64,000 nt of DNA from Patescibacteria group bacterium (GTDB lineage Bacteria > Patescibacteriota > Microgenomatia > CAYGWK01), in contig JBMORX010000009.1 of NCBI GenBank assembly GCA_049322615.1, positions 57,120 to 121,119 on the forward strand, written 5' to 3'. The notes under the pieces are model-generated. The model did not search any database. It was not told the origin of the DNA and saw only the letters and a program-made list of their open reading frames with translations. Below are positions 27,485 to 37,375 of this stretch, piece after piece. Position numbers and translations under genes: made by a program. Position 1 is the stretch's first letter, and the number at the start of each line of letters is the position of its first letter.

Positions 27485-28006
27485 TTGTTGTATGATTTAA
27501 GTCTATTCAAAACAAGGAGGAAATTGCAAGAAGGAGACTATAAAGAGAGACGAGAAGGCTCTCCTGAGAGATTTCTTGAGACATTTTCAAGCCTTTCTGG
27601 AATGATGCCAGAGGCGGTGGTAGTCTCCAGAAATTTTGAGATCCCTAGAGAAGCCAAACAGGGACAGGTAGTTGGAGCAATTATCGTTGGGTCTTGCACA
27701 AATCCTTTAAGTCAACCCAAGGATTTAGATGTAATGATTGTCCTGGATGAGAGTCCAAACCCCAAGGCTTCAAGTCTTATTGAAGATTTAAAGCAACGTT
27801 TTGATGAGATGGTTAGTTCTTTGACAGGACGTTTAGAGATGGGAAGATTTGATTTTTTGGGGTTCGTTTTCGGTGATTTACCAAAACTTCACTCTGCTCA
27901 AATTCGGACATTGAGGGAGACAGAAAAACCATTGATCTATGCCTATGATAGAGAGGGTGTTCAAAAGATATCAGCTTTAATAAAGGCAGTTAAAGGGTCT
28001 TCTTAG
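27485..28006 (+). CDS. Nucleotidyltransferase-fold protein (MNT-like)
   Basis: IIVGS...KDLDVMIV motif. Confidence 0.55.
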   Translation: MLYDLSLFKTRRKLQEGDYKERREGSPERFLETFSSLSGMMPEAVVVSRNFEIPREAKQGQVVGAIIVGSCTNPLSQPKDLDVMIVLDESPNPKASSLIEDLKQRFDEMVSSLTGRLEMGRFDFLGFVFGDLPKLHSAQIRTLRETEKPLIYAYDREGVQKISALIKAVKGSS

Positions 28007-28767
28007 AGATTAAGTTCTAATCCGTCGTAAGCAATGTGGAAGCTTTTGCCGCCTTTTTCCTGAACAAATTTCTCTAGATCCTGGTGTTTTCCGGTTTTAT
28101 GACCAATATGGGTAAAGTAAACTTGTCGTGCTTTCAGTTTTTTGCCAAGAACCAATCCCTCAATAATACTTTCGTGAATTCTGGTTTGTCCGGCTTTTCC
28201 TAAAGAGGAGCCATCCAAAATTAAAAGATGGACATCTCTGCAAGTTTTTTCTTGGGATTTAGGGAGCGACCTTATATCTGGAAGATAGCAAACGAGTTTA
28301 TCCCCTTTCATCTTAAGTCCCCAAGTTGGAAAATGGTCATGTTCAATGGGAATAAAGGTAAATTTAACTTTGTCTATTTCAAAAACTTCAGGCGGACGAA
28401 TGGTCTCAGGTAAAAATGGGTCAAGGGGGTATTTGTGAATCTGCCGTAGTCCAACCAACGTTTCTTGAGTGGCATAAAGTTTAAGCTCTGGTTGGTGATT
28501 GTAAAGATGAGTTAGGTCGTAAAATCCCAAGATATGGTCAGGGTGGGCATGGGTAAGAATTAGAGCCTTTAGATTTGTAATTTGTAATTTGTAATTTGTA
28601 ATTTGGGAGTAGATATCTGGTCCGGCGTCGATTAAAACAGTGTCATTAACCAAAATTACTGGCCTGGTTCTTCTATCTTTGGGGTCTTTGGAAGTACAAA
28701 TTTCACAAGTACAGCCAATCCGTGGTAGCGGCCAGCCAGCAGAAGTTCCCAAGAAAAGAATTTTCAT
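28003..28767 (-). CDS. Metallo-beta-lactamase hydrolase (PhnP-like)
   Basis: LGTSAG, CTCEIC, THAHPDH, THIGH. Confidence 0.9.
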   Translation of the reverse strand: MKILFLGTSAGWPLPRIGCTCEICTSKDPKDRRTRPVILVNDTVLIDAGPDIYSQITNYKLQITNLKALILTHAHPDHILGFYDLTHLYNHQPELKLYATQETLVGLRQIHKYPLDPFLPETIRPPEVFEIDKVKFTFIPIEHDHFPTWGLKMKGDKLVCYLPDIRSLPKSQEKTCRDVHLLILDGSSLGKAGQTRIHESIIEGLVLGKKLKARQVYFTHIGHKTGKHQDLEKFVQEKGGKSFHIAYDGLELNL

Positions 28768-30038
28768 ACAAAGATTTCCCTTAAGAGTTCAGGTTCGTAT
28801 TTTTTGACAATTTTCTCTGTTATTCCGTTCGCCAAAATTATCTCTTTATACATTTTAGCACTTTTACGAGGAGTGCGTTTTAAAGTCTCATAATTGGTTT
28901 GGCAAAGACCAAACCTCATCGACAAACCTTGCGCCCATTCGAAATTATCCATTAAGGTCCAATGAAGATAACTTCGGACATCTGCTCCTTCTTGAATTGC
29001 CCGATGAACCCATCTTAGGCAGCGAAGAATAAAAGATGGACGAAGATGATCGTCGCGATCAGCTACCCCATTTTCCATGATATAAATTGGCAATTTGTAT
29101 TTTTTGAGGTCCAAAAGAACTTTATAAATTCCTTTGGGGTAAATTACCCAGCCAAAATCGGACTTTTCTGCCCCTTCCTGGGCTAAATCGAAAAAGAAAG
29201 TATTAAAAGAAGTTGAGTTGAATCGCAATTTAGTGTAATGATAATAATCCAGACCAATAAAATCTAGATAATTTTTCGCTTGATGCAAAAACCAATGATT
29301 TTGAAGATAATCAGCGATTTTGGTGGCTAAAATTTCTGGCAAAAACCAGCCTCTTGCCGGTTCAAATAAATTTTGGAGCGTTGTAAAACTCACTTTAGCC
29401 TTGGGTTTAATTTTATGAATTTCTTGATAAGCCAAGCGGTGGGCTTTCATTAAATTTTTAGCCACTTTTACAGCTGGAAAAACATTATGCTTTTCTGGAG
29501 GGAAATACCCTCGAATAAAACCTCCTTCAGCCACTACCTGAGGCTCGTTTATTGTTAGCCAAAAATCAACCAAATCAGAAAAATTTTGAACACAAAACTT
29601 AACATAGCGAGCGAAAATTTCTGGACTTTTTGGATTTTCCCAACCACCGATTTTGGCAAACCATAAAGGATTGGTGAAATGATGAAGGGTTACAAATGAG
29701 GTTAGTTTGTGTTTTTTTAATGAAAGTAATACCTGGCGGTAATGTTCAGTTTCTTGTTCGTCCCAGACATGAGGTTGGGGCTGGATCCTTGACCACTCTA
29801 AAGAAAGCCGGTGGGCATTATGTCCTAATTTTTGGGCAAGGCTAAAATCTTTTTCAAATAAATGATAGTGGTCGCAAGCAATTTTAGCTGAGGAGCCGTC
29901 TTTAATCTTTCCTTTTTGTTCAAATTCCCACCAATCATTGTTAAAATTTCCTCCCTCAACTTGATGGCTGGCAGTTGAGGCACCCCACAAAAATCCTTTC
30001 GGGAAAAGAAGTACTTTATTTATCTTCCTAATTTCCAT
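28764..30038 (-). CDS. Glycoside hydrolase family 1 (beta-glucosidase)
   Basis: FLWGASTASHQVEG, TINEP, MENG, DNFEW. Confidence 0.95.
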   Translation of the reverse strand: MEIRKINKVLLFPKGFLWGASTASHQVEGGNFNNDWWEFEQKGKIKDGSSAKIACDHYHLFEKDFSLAQKLGHNAHRLSLEWSRIQPQPHVWDEQETEHYRQVLLSLKKHKLTSFVTLHHFTNPLWFAKIGGWENPKSPEIFARYVKFCVQNFSDLVDFWLTINEPQVVAEGGFIRGYFPPEKHNVFPAVKVAKNLMKAHRLAYQEIHKIKPKAKVSFTTLQNLFEPARGWFLPEILATKIADYLQNHWFLHQAKNYLDFIGLDYYHYTKLRFNSTSFNTFFFDLAQEGAEKSDFGWVIYPKGIYKVLLDLKKYKLPIYIMENGVADRDDHLRPSFILRCLRWVHRAIQEGADVRSYLHWTLMDNFEWAQGLSMRFGLCQTNYETLKRTPRKSAKMYKEIILANGITEKIVKKYEPELLREIFV

Positions 30039-30418
30039 TTTGGTTGAATTTCTGAATTGAACGGCTTTCGACGGGCTTTATCAGCCGGGGCGCCAAATTT
30101 TTCTCCAGCCCTAACGGTCCAGTAGTTTTGACGAGGTTCAGGTTTGACACCGCGATAGCAAACAAAATTCTCCAACGCTTCAAAACCAGTATAACCGTGG
30201 ATTCTAATCGCTTTGCCTCCCTCTTCGGCTCTGGTGGCGACGATTTGGCTTTGAGAGTAGCTAAAGCGTTTTCTTTCTGGCCACACTGGGGTACCTTGAG
30301 GAAAATAAACGATTTTCTTTCCCCTCTCAATGATCTCTTCTAGTTTTGTTTTAGGTTCCGGAGGAGGCTCAAACCCCTCAAGTGGTTTTTGGAGAGCTTC
30401 TTGAGAAGACTCAGTCAT
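30020..30418 (-). CDS. Hypothetical protein
   Basis: 132-aa ORF. Confidence 0.55.
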   Translation of the reverse strand: MTESSQEALQKPLEGFEPPPEPKTKLEEIIERGKKIVYFPQGTPVWPERKRFSYSQSQIVATRAEEGGKAIRIHGYTGFEALENFVCYRGVKPEPRQNYWTVRAGEKFGAPADKARRKPFNSEIQPKWKLGR

Positions 30419-30541
30419 CTTAAGATAATTGTAACCAAAAGGTCAGCGCTTGACAACTTTATTCGTATCTTAGGGCATCAATGGGATTAAGTCTTGAGGA
30501 ATTATTTCAAAAGCCTGGAGGATTTAAAAAGAAATGGTCAG

Positions 30542-30628
30542 TGCCAGAGGGGAGATTCGAACTCCCATCCCGATTTAATCGGGACACGGTCCTAAGCCGT
30601 GCCTGTCTACCAGTTCCAGCACTCTGGC
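30542..30628 (-). tRNA. tRNA-Leu(TAG)
   Basis: CACGG-CTTAGGA-CCGTG arm, long variable arm, GTTCGAAT. Confidence 0.93.
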
Positions 30629-30648
30629 ATACAGGTTATTATATCATT

Positions 30649-31170
30649 TTAGAGGTCGAGAGTGAAACTGGAAGTCATTTCAATTTTAGCCATAAAAGAG
30701 CTTACCTTGCCTGGCCAAAAAGGCGAAGGAGGAGCATAAATTCGACCAATTTGAGAAACGGAGACTGCTCCCCGATCAAGATATCTGGTTCGCAGTTGTG
30801 AGGTGACATACCAAATAGAATCTTCCCAAGAGGAAAATCTAAAATCTCCGTTATTCCAGCCATAGGCGTTATATGAGCCAAAGGGAATTTGTTTACCAAA
30901 AGTTGACTCAACTCCGGTTATCGCTGGAACAAGTTTCCAATCAACCCCATAGCTATCGGCGGCAGCGACAAACTCTTGAGCATAAGGAGCAAGGGGAGAA
31001 TTATATTTCCCAAGGAAGTTTCTTAAGATTTCTCCACGATTATCTTGATTTATAGATGAGTTTTTAAGCACAGCCGAAGCCCCGATTGAATCGGGGTGCC
31101 CAAAAACTGGAGTTGCCATAAGCGAATAAATGGCAACAGCCAAAATTAAAATAGTGAAAATTTTTCTCAT
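30649..31170 (-). CDS. Secreted lysozyme-like / glucosaminidase-like protein
   Basis: Signal peptide; SPL..AITGVESTFGK..YNAYGW. Confidence 0.75.
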   Translation of the reverse strand: MRKIFTILILAVAIYSLMATPVFGHPDSIGASAVLKNSSINQDNRGEILRNFLGKYNSPLAPYAQEFVAAADSYGVDWKLVPAITGVESTFGKQIPFGSYNAYGWNNGDFRFSSWEDSIWYVTSQLRTRYLDRGAVSVSQIGRIYAPPSPFWPGKVSSFMAKIEMTSSFTLDL

Positions 31171-31293
31171 AAAAAAATCCTAAAGTATGCCCTGTCCGAG
31201 CATACCTCAGGATCTATGAGGAGTATAACACAAAACTTATAGCATGTCAAGTATTGGTGAATAAATTATAATTCTGATATACTGGTTTTAAAT

Positions 31294-31736
31294 ATGTCTA
31301 GCATAAAGTTAATAATTAAAAAAGCCCAAAAGTTTTATTTTGAAGAGTGGAGAGGACACGAGAAAATATGTCCTGCTTTTGGCGAAAAAGTTTATGTAAC
31401 TAAAATAGGATGGCGTCATATTGCCAAACATCCCAGGCGTAAATTGGTGGACAAAATTATTCGTCTAAAAAACTTCCTTTAGCAAAAGAAATCCTTGAGA
31501 CATCAACTACGTATCAAACCATTCAAAGAAAAGGACCATATTATCTTTATGGATTTCAGGCTATCAAGGGAGACACAAGAATCAAAGTTGTTGTTTTGTC
31601 TAAAGGTGAAGGGAGCAAGAAAATACTTTATTCAGTAATGTTTCAAAATATCAAACGCCAAGAACAACGTAAGATTGAACGACATAATGCAAGACTAATT
31701 GCTGAATTCAGAAAAAATATCCGAGAAGAAAGTTAA
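31294..31736 (+). pseudogene. PBECR/RelE-like nuclease gene split by a -1 frameshift
   Basis: Frame 0 stops at 31482; the -1 frame from A AAA AAC (31467-73) stays open to TAA 31736; VYVTKIGWRHI motif. Confidence 0.6.
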
Positions 31737-31740
31737 GATA

Positions 31741-31816
31741 TAAAAAGTAGGCTGTCTCCGCTTTCTAACCGTTTTTCGGTGTTTAGCGCATGGACCTCAA
31801 GGGTCTCAGCCTACTA
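31741..31816 (-). ncRNA. Candidate ~75-nt branched small RNA, convergent with the nuclease gene
   Basis: TTGACA-17-TAAGAT promoter (31851-31823); closing stem GTAGGCTG/CAGCCTAC with inner stems and U tail. Confidence 0.5.
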
Positions 31817-31963
31817 TATCGAATCTTACTCTACTCTACTCATTTTGTCAAGTCCCAAATGCAGTTTAATATTAAACCCCTGGCGCCCTTCGGCTAGCGA
31901 AATCAATTAATACCGAATTGCAGGTTCAAAACGATCCGGTATCGTTAGGTGCCTGCAATCTGG

Positions 31964-32719
31964 TCAAGTTTTTTGGCAGAGGACAAAAATTGAGGGACCA
32001 AAAAAAGGTGAGAAGTGGGAAGAAAGAAGTGAGAAGTATTTCTCAAGAAATAGGAGGATTGGCAGAGGAATAATTTTTTTGACTAGAGGGTGGCGGAAGT
32101 TTGAGACTGAAAGAGAAGAGGAAACCTTAAAACCTGCTTTTTCCAACTCTCGATAAATAAATTGAGGATGATGGTTGAGAAAGGGAATGGTTGAAGCGGC
32201 GATGGATTCGAGTGAGCGCTGGTCTGAAGGTTCTAGATTTGAAGTGAAGCCAAAATCACCTCTTATCCAGGCACGAAGACGAGCCCGGAAATGAATTTTG
32301 TTAGCAAATTCCAAGATTAAAAAACCATTTGGTTTTAGGACCCTGGAAGCCTCAAGGAACACTTTTTGGGGGTTTTGAAGGTGATGGACCACCCGAATCA
32401 TTAAAGCAACATCAAAACTGCCATCTTGCCCTGGAAGCCTCTCCCCTCTCCCCTTTCTAAATTCAATATTTTTAAACTTTTTTAGATTTTTTTGAGCAAT
32501 GTTTAATAATTTTTCTGAAGGATCAACTAAAAGAGAGTGTTTAAAAACTGGAGCATAAACTTCGGCAAGCCTGCCAAATCCCCCACCAATGTCTATTAAA
32601 CTGTCCTTTTTGGGAATTTTTAAAAAAAATTTCTTTAAGGCAATTTTTTCTGCCTCATCCTCATACTCTCTTCCCTGCCAAAACTTGGGGTAGTTGTAAA
32701 AATCGTATGGTACAGCCAC
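31964..32719 (-). CDS. Class I SAM-dependent methyltransferase
   Basis: LIDIGGGFGR, RVLKPNG. Confidence 0.9.
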   Translation of the reverse strand: MAVPYDFYNYPKFWQGREYEDEAEKIALKKFFLKIPKKDSLIDIGGGFGRLAEVYAPVFKHSLLVDPSEKLLNIAQKNLKKFKNIEFRKGRGERLPGQDGSFDVALMIRVVHHLQNPQKVFLEASRVLKPNGFLILEFANKIHFRARLRAWIRGDFGFTSNLEPSDQRSLESIAASTIPFLNHHPQFIYRELEKAGFKVSSSLSVSNFRHPLVKKIIPLPILLFLEKYFSLLSSHFSPFFGPSIFVLCQKT

Positions 32720-32734
32720 AGAAGTATTATACCA

Positions 32735-33331
32735 CTAGCGGAGTTCTTGGAGGAATTGGTCAACACAGCGAGCCCACGGTCCACCTTTTTCCACCGAAGG
32801 CGGAGCATATTTTGGCATAATCTGTTCCGGCGTTAGCAAACCCTTATCATAATAGTCTTCTTTTAGGGTTTGGGCTACCCTTTCAATTGCATGTTCCCAA
32901 GAGTAAAATTTCGTCTCGCCGTTCTCAAATCCCCAGCAGTTATACGAACCTTCAGGGATTTTTTTGCAAACATTCGATTCGCATTGGGCAATAGCGACAA
33001 TTAAACCGTAATCTAAACCATATTTTTCTGAAACCGCAAAAATAAAATCAGCGTAAGGAAGAAGGGGCGAATTATATTTCTGCAAATATTTTCTTATTAA
33101 AACTGGTCTGGCATCGGCGGTTGAAATTGCTTGACTGATTGAACCAATCGCCGGAGGAACGCTTAAATAAAGCTCAAGAGGAGTTTTTGAACCCAAAACG
33201 GCGCCTGTTTCGTAAGAGACAAGGGTTGAGAGGTTTTTTGTTTGCCCAATTTGCCAAAGACCAAAGAGGGAAATGGACAAAGTTAAAGGAGCAAAAATTA
33301 AAAAAAGGGCAGTTAAAAATATTTTTCTCAT
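32735..33331 (-). CDS. Membrane-anchored lysozyme-like / glucosaminidase-like protein
   Basis: SPL..AIAQCESN..YNCWG; start placed at ATG 33331. Confidence 0.75.
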   Translation of the reverse strand: MRKIFLTALFLIFAPLTLSISLFGLWQIGQTKNLSTLVSYETGAVLGSKTPLELYLSVPPAIGSISQAISTADARPVLIRKYLQKYNSPLLPYADFIFAVSEKYGLDYGLIVAIAQCESNVCKKIPEGSYNCWGFENGETKFYSWEHAIERVAQTLKEDYYDKGLLTPEQIMPKYAPPSVEKGGPWARCVDQFLQELR

Positions 33332-33471
33332 TAAGCAGATCCCGCTCAGCGGGACAGGCTGGTTAAAACGCTTACCTGTAATAAGCAAAGCTTGTTGCTT
33401 CGCAATAACAATACTGACAAAAAAGAAAGGCTTTGTCAAGTAAGGTGCTTTTTGGTATAATTAAGATGCTC

Positions 33472-33497
33472 GCGTCCATAGCTCAATTGGATAGAGC
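33472..33497 (+). pseudogene. tRNA-Arg-like 5' fragment
   Basis: GCGTCCATAGCTCAATTGGATAGAGC directly after a TATAAT box; no 3' half. Confidence 0.7.
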
Positions 33498-33501
33498 CGA
33501 A

Positions 33502-33573
33502 GCCTCTGTAGCTTAACGGATAAAGCCCTGGTCTTCGGAACCAGTAATGGGGGTTCGATTCCCTCCAGAGGCA
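33502..33573 (+). tRNA. tRNA-Arg(TCG)
   Basis: GCCTCTG/CAGAGGC, CTGGT-CTTCGGA-ACCAG. Confidence 0.92.
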
Positions 33574-33605
33574 CTAGAAAATTTCTAAAAGAAATTTCAA
33601 GCGCA

Positions 33606-33878
33606 ATGCACCAAAAATATTATTTATATATTTTAAGAAGTAAGCTTGATAAAAATTTATATATTGGTGTCACTACAAACTTATATAAAAGAGTTCAAGA
33701 ACATAATTTTGGTAATCAGCAATCAACTAAAAATAGAGGAAATTTTGAATTGATTTATTATGAAGTATTTTTCAATAAATTAGATGTTTATTTGCGAGAA
33801 AAATATTTTAAAACTGGTTGGGGAAGAAAACATTTAAGACATGCCTTATCTAATACGCTAAGTACACTAAGAACATAG
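33606..33878 (+). CDS. Stand-alone GIY-YIG endonuclease flanked by imperfect inverted repeats
   Basis: YYLYIL..LYIGVT..RE.YFKTGWGR; paralog of 20560..20826. Confidence 0.9.
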   Translation: MHQKYYLYILRSKLDKNLYIGVTTNLYKRVQEHNFGNQQSTKNRGNFELIYYEVFFNKLDVYLREKYFKTGWGRKHLRHALSNTLSTLRT

Positions 33879-33921
33879 AGTATAGGGCAGTGTCCTTGAA
33901 TTTTTCAAAGAAAAATTTCTA

Positions 33922-33994
33922 GGGCCACTAGCTCAACTGGTAGAGCAGCTCCCTCTTAAGGAGTAGGTTCGGAGTTCGAGTCTCCGGTGGCTCA
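33922..33994 (+). tRNA. tRNA-Lys(CTT)
   Basis: GCTCC-CTCTTAA-GGAGT arm, GTTCGAGT. Confidence 0.93.
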
Positions 33995-35292
33995 CCGATA
34001 CCAAAAACCAAGGATTCTTTGAAGCAAGCGGTTGAAAAATGAGGTTTTTTGATTAATTAATTTCCAGGTTTCAAAAACTTTAATCTTGCCTTCGGGTAGC
34101 CCTTCCCAAGAAAAATCAAAGTCTCCAGCAATGCTTGATGTTTCCAAAGTGTAATCAAATGTCCACGTTTCTCCTGGTTTAACTAGAACTCCTTCTGGCA
34201 GTTTCAAATCCGATAATTGCAAACCAGAGGTTTGAGATTTTAGTTTAAATTCTTTTTCTCCCCAAATAGACTGTCCAGTATTTTTTAAAGTAATTTTTCC
34301 CTGATATTGAAAATTTGTCGGTAAAAATGGAAGAAAGAAAAACTCAACAATTTCGTATCTTTCTTCCTGGGCTGGTTCACCTCTGACCTTGCTTAAATTT
34401 TTCACTGCCTCAAACTGCGGATAGGGATTCCCCTCTTTATCAAGCCAAGAAAAGTTTTCAAAAGGAGGAAAAGGATAATTTAAAATAAACGGAGTAACCG
34501 CTACCACCTTTTCATCTTTTAACCAAACATTTTCAAACGCTTGTTTGATAAATTGAGCTGTTACCTCTTTGTTATAAAATTTTTCATTTTTAATTTTTAA
34601 TTTTTCATTTTTGTACGGCCAGCCGGTTTCCGTGATAAAAACCGGTAGATTGAGTTTTAAAACCGAAAGCTCCCATTCATAACCTCTAATCGTGGCTCTT
34701 CCCTTTTGCCAGGGCTTACCGACAAAACCATGATTTGGATAAGAGTGAGAGACCCAACCATCAAGCCGCAAGAATATGCCTGGAACCTCAAAATTTACTT
34801 CTCTAAGAAATTTTGCCTCGTCCATAGTTGAATTTGAATTAGGGGCGGCTTGGTCGAAACCAGCGTTGAGGAGAAAAAAGTCTTCACTTTTTTGCTTAAA
34901 AATGGTAATGGCATTGTCTAAAATCTTGGCGTATTCTTTAGGATTTCTCTCGCTTCCCCATTCTTTGTCATGGTTTGGTTCATTAAAGACAATGAGGTAG
35001 CGATTCTTGACTGGCCAATTAAGACCGTCTAAAAAATTCGCCATTTGGATAATTGTCTCCTCCGTTGGTTTTTTCCAGACCCCTTTTCTTGGTTTCGGTC
35101 ATCTTCTTGAATAACCACGGTTACATATCCCCAATCACCGCTACTTGAATTTACCAGCTCTGCGGCCAGAGGAAGATCTTCTGCTTGAGTGATATGAATA
35201 CCAAATTTGTTGTTTGGGGAAGCCCAGGCTGGTTGAGCAAACCTGGAAAATGATAAAATTAGAAGAATAGTTAATAATTTTTTCATTCGCAA
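33992..35292 (-). pseudogene. Secreted clan GH-A glycoside hydrolase, frameshifted near 35080
   Basis: Signal peptide and NNKFGIH in one frame; FNEPNH and ITETGW catalytic motifs in another. Confidence 0.65.
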
Positions 35293-35302
35293 GGATTATA
35301 CC

Positions 35303-36430
35303 ATGGATGATCTCGAAGAAAAAATTCTCCAAATTGAAAAAGAAATTCGGGAGACGCCATATCATAAAGGAACCGAACATCATCTTGGCAGGCTTAAAGC
35401 CAGGCTGGCTCGCCTTAAAGATGAACTTTTAGAAAAATCGGTTAAAAGCGCCTCTGGGGCGGGTTTTGCCATTAAAAAATCAGGAGACGCCACTTGTGTT
35501 TTGGTTGGCTTTCCTTCGGTTGGTAAATCAACCCTTTTAAATTCCCTAACTTCAGCCCACTCCCGAATTGCTCCCTACTCTTTTACGACCTTAACCGTCA
35601 TTCCGGGGATGATGGACTACAAAGGAGCCAAAATTCAAATTTTAGATGTTCCGGGACTTCTTGGCGGGGCTGCCCAAGGCAAAGGACATGGAAAAAAGGT
35701 TTTGGCGGTCTCAAGAACTGCAGACTTACTCCTTCTAATGATTGATTCTCGAGAGCCAGAGCAGCTGCAAGTTATTAAAAAAGAGCTTGGAGAAGCTGGA
35801 GTAAGAATCAATCAAAACCCACCCAACATTAAAATTTCCAAAACCCAGAGAGGGGGGATAAAAGTGAAACTTGGAGTGGCGGGAATTAGGCTTTCCCTTT
35901 CCCAGATTAAAGAAATTTGTCAGGAATTTCGTTTGGTTAATGCCGAGATAACGATTGAAGATGATATAAAAGTTGAAGATTTAATAGATAGCATTTTGGG
36001 AAATCGAGTTTATCTGCCGACTTTGGTGGTCGCCTCAAAAATTGACATTTTGTCTTTAAGAGAACTGGAAAAGTTGCAAAAAACTGATTTGAGCCTGGTC
36101 TCGGCCGAGAAAAAAATTGGACTTGAGGATTTAAAAGAAAAAATCTGGCAAAAACTTTCTTTGATTCGGGTTTACTTAAAATCCGGTAGCAACGTAGATT
36201 TTGAAAAACCCCTGATTTTGAAAGAAGGACAAACAGTTAAAGAGGCAATTGAGAAAATTCATGGTGAGCTTGGCGAATCCGTAAAAGAAGCAAAAGTTTG
36301 GGGTAAATCTGCTAAATTTGAAGGTCAATCCGTTGGTCTTTCCCACAAACTCGCGGATGAGGATATTTTATCTTTTAAGAAAAGTATAGCAGATAATCTT
36401 TCTCCAAAATTGCCAGAAAAACTTCTTTAG
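35303..36430 (+). CDS. DRG/Rbg-family OBG GTPase with TGS domain
   Basis: [37 protein letters not shown]. Confidence 0.92.
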   Translation: MDDLEEKILQIEKEIRETPYHKGTEHHLGRLKARLARLKDELLEKSVKSASGAGFAIKKSGDATCVLVGFPSVGKSTLLNSLTSAHSRIAPYSFTTLTVIPGMMDYKGAKIQILDVPGLLGGAAQGKGHGKKVLAVSRTADLLLLMIDSREPEQLQVIKKELGEAGVRINQNPPNIKISKTQRGGIKVKLGVAGIRLSLSQIKEICQEFRLVNAEITIEDDIKVEDLIDSILGNRVYLPTLVVASKIDILSLRELEKLQKTDLSLVSAEKKIGLEDLKEKIWQKLSLIRVYLKSGSNVDFEKPLILKEGQTVKEAIEKIHGELGESVKEAKVWGKSAKFEGQSVGLSHKLADEDILSFKKSIADNLSPKLPEKLL

Positions 36431-36445
36431 GATAAAATCAAGAAA

Positions 36446-37060
36446 GTGAAGAAATCAATTTATGCTTTTGTTGACGCTTCAAATCTCTTTTATGGTGGAG
36501 AAAAAAGTCTGGGTTGGAAAATTGATTATAAAAAACTTATCCGTTACATCAAAAAACAATACAAAGTCAGTAAAGTTTACTACTATGGTGGAGTAGAAAC
36601 AGATGGTTTTAGTTATTCTGTCCTTGATAAAAAACCATTAAATTTGAACTCTCTTATTAACTATCTCCGGCGAAAAATAAAACAAAAGCGATTCTCTGTT
36701 TTAGAAAAACATATTCAGCGGGTGAAATTTTATCGCAAACTGGCAGAATTTGGTTATAACTTAAGACTCAAACCGGTGAAGATATACCGCGATGAAGAAG
36801 GAAAAACAATTAAGAAGGCAAATTGTGATGTGGATATGACTTTTGATTTAATGAGATTATTTAAAGAGTACTTAGGGGTGCTGATTTTATCCGGCGACGG
36901 TGACTTTGCCGTGGTTTTAAAATATTTAAAAGAAAAGGGCAAAAAAGTAACGATTTTAGCCAGGGGAGAAAGAACAGCCAGAGAAATTAGACAACTGGTT
37001 GGTGGTGATTTTAGGGACTTTAGTAAATTAAGAACAAAACTTGAATTTCTTAAGAAATAA
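36446..37060 (+). CDS. NYN-domain (PIN-like) protein
   Basis: FVDASNL, KANCDVDM, LSGDGDF. Confidence 0.9.
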   Translation: MKKSIYAFVDASNLFYGGEKSLGWKIDYKKLIRYIKKQYKVSKVYYYGGVETDGFSYSVLDKKPLNLNSLINYLRRKIKQKRFSVLEKHIQRVKFYRKLAEFGYNLRLKPVKIYRDEEGKTIKKANCDVDMTFDLMRLFKEYLGVLILSGDGDFAVVLKYLKEKGKKVTILARGERTAREIRQLVGGDFRDFSKLRTKLEFLKK

Positions 37061-37134
37061 AAAAGAGGAGACATGCGAAATATCTCCTCCACGTTTAGTG
37101 AGCACATAATACCACTTATTTCTCTGTTTGTCAA

Positions 37135-37243
37135 GGGGCGGAATAATCCGTCTTAGGCGGATTAAACGCCCCGCAGACCCCGTCAAAACCGCAGCATGAG
37201 ACCCGTTTGACGGGTTCGAATGCTAAGGTTATACGGGGTCAAG
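37135..37243. mobile_element. Composite hairpin element related to 21612..21786
   Basis: GGGGCG..CGCCCC-GCA-GACCCCGT..ACGGGGTC; GTCAAG at both ends. Confidence 0.65.
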
Positions 37244-37375
37244 AGCAAAATTTCCCTTAATTTCTCAATATCTTAATATCTTAATTTCTCGAAGTCGGGT
37301 TTGTTAAAGGGAAAAGAAAATGGCTTGCCACGTTAATTGCCATAGGCAATTTTTCGTGGTAAAATCAGGGCCAAG

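Noticed and set aside
30481-30801. 106-aa plus-strand ORF
   Set aside because: Antisense to tRNA-Leu(TAG) and to the lysozyme-like gene
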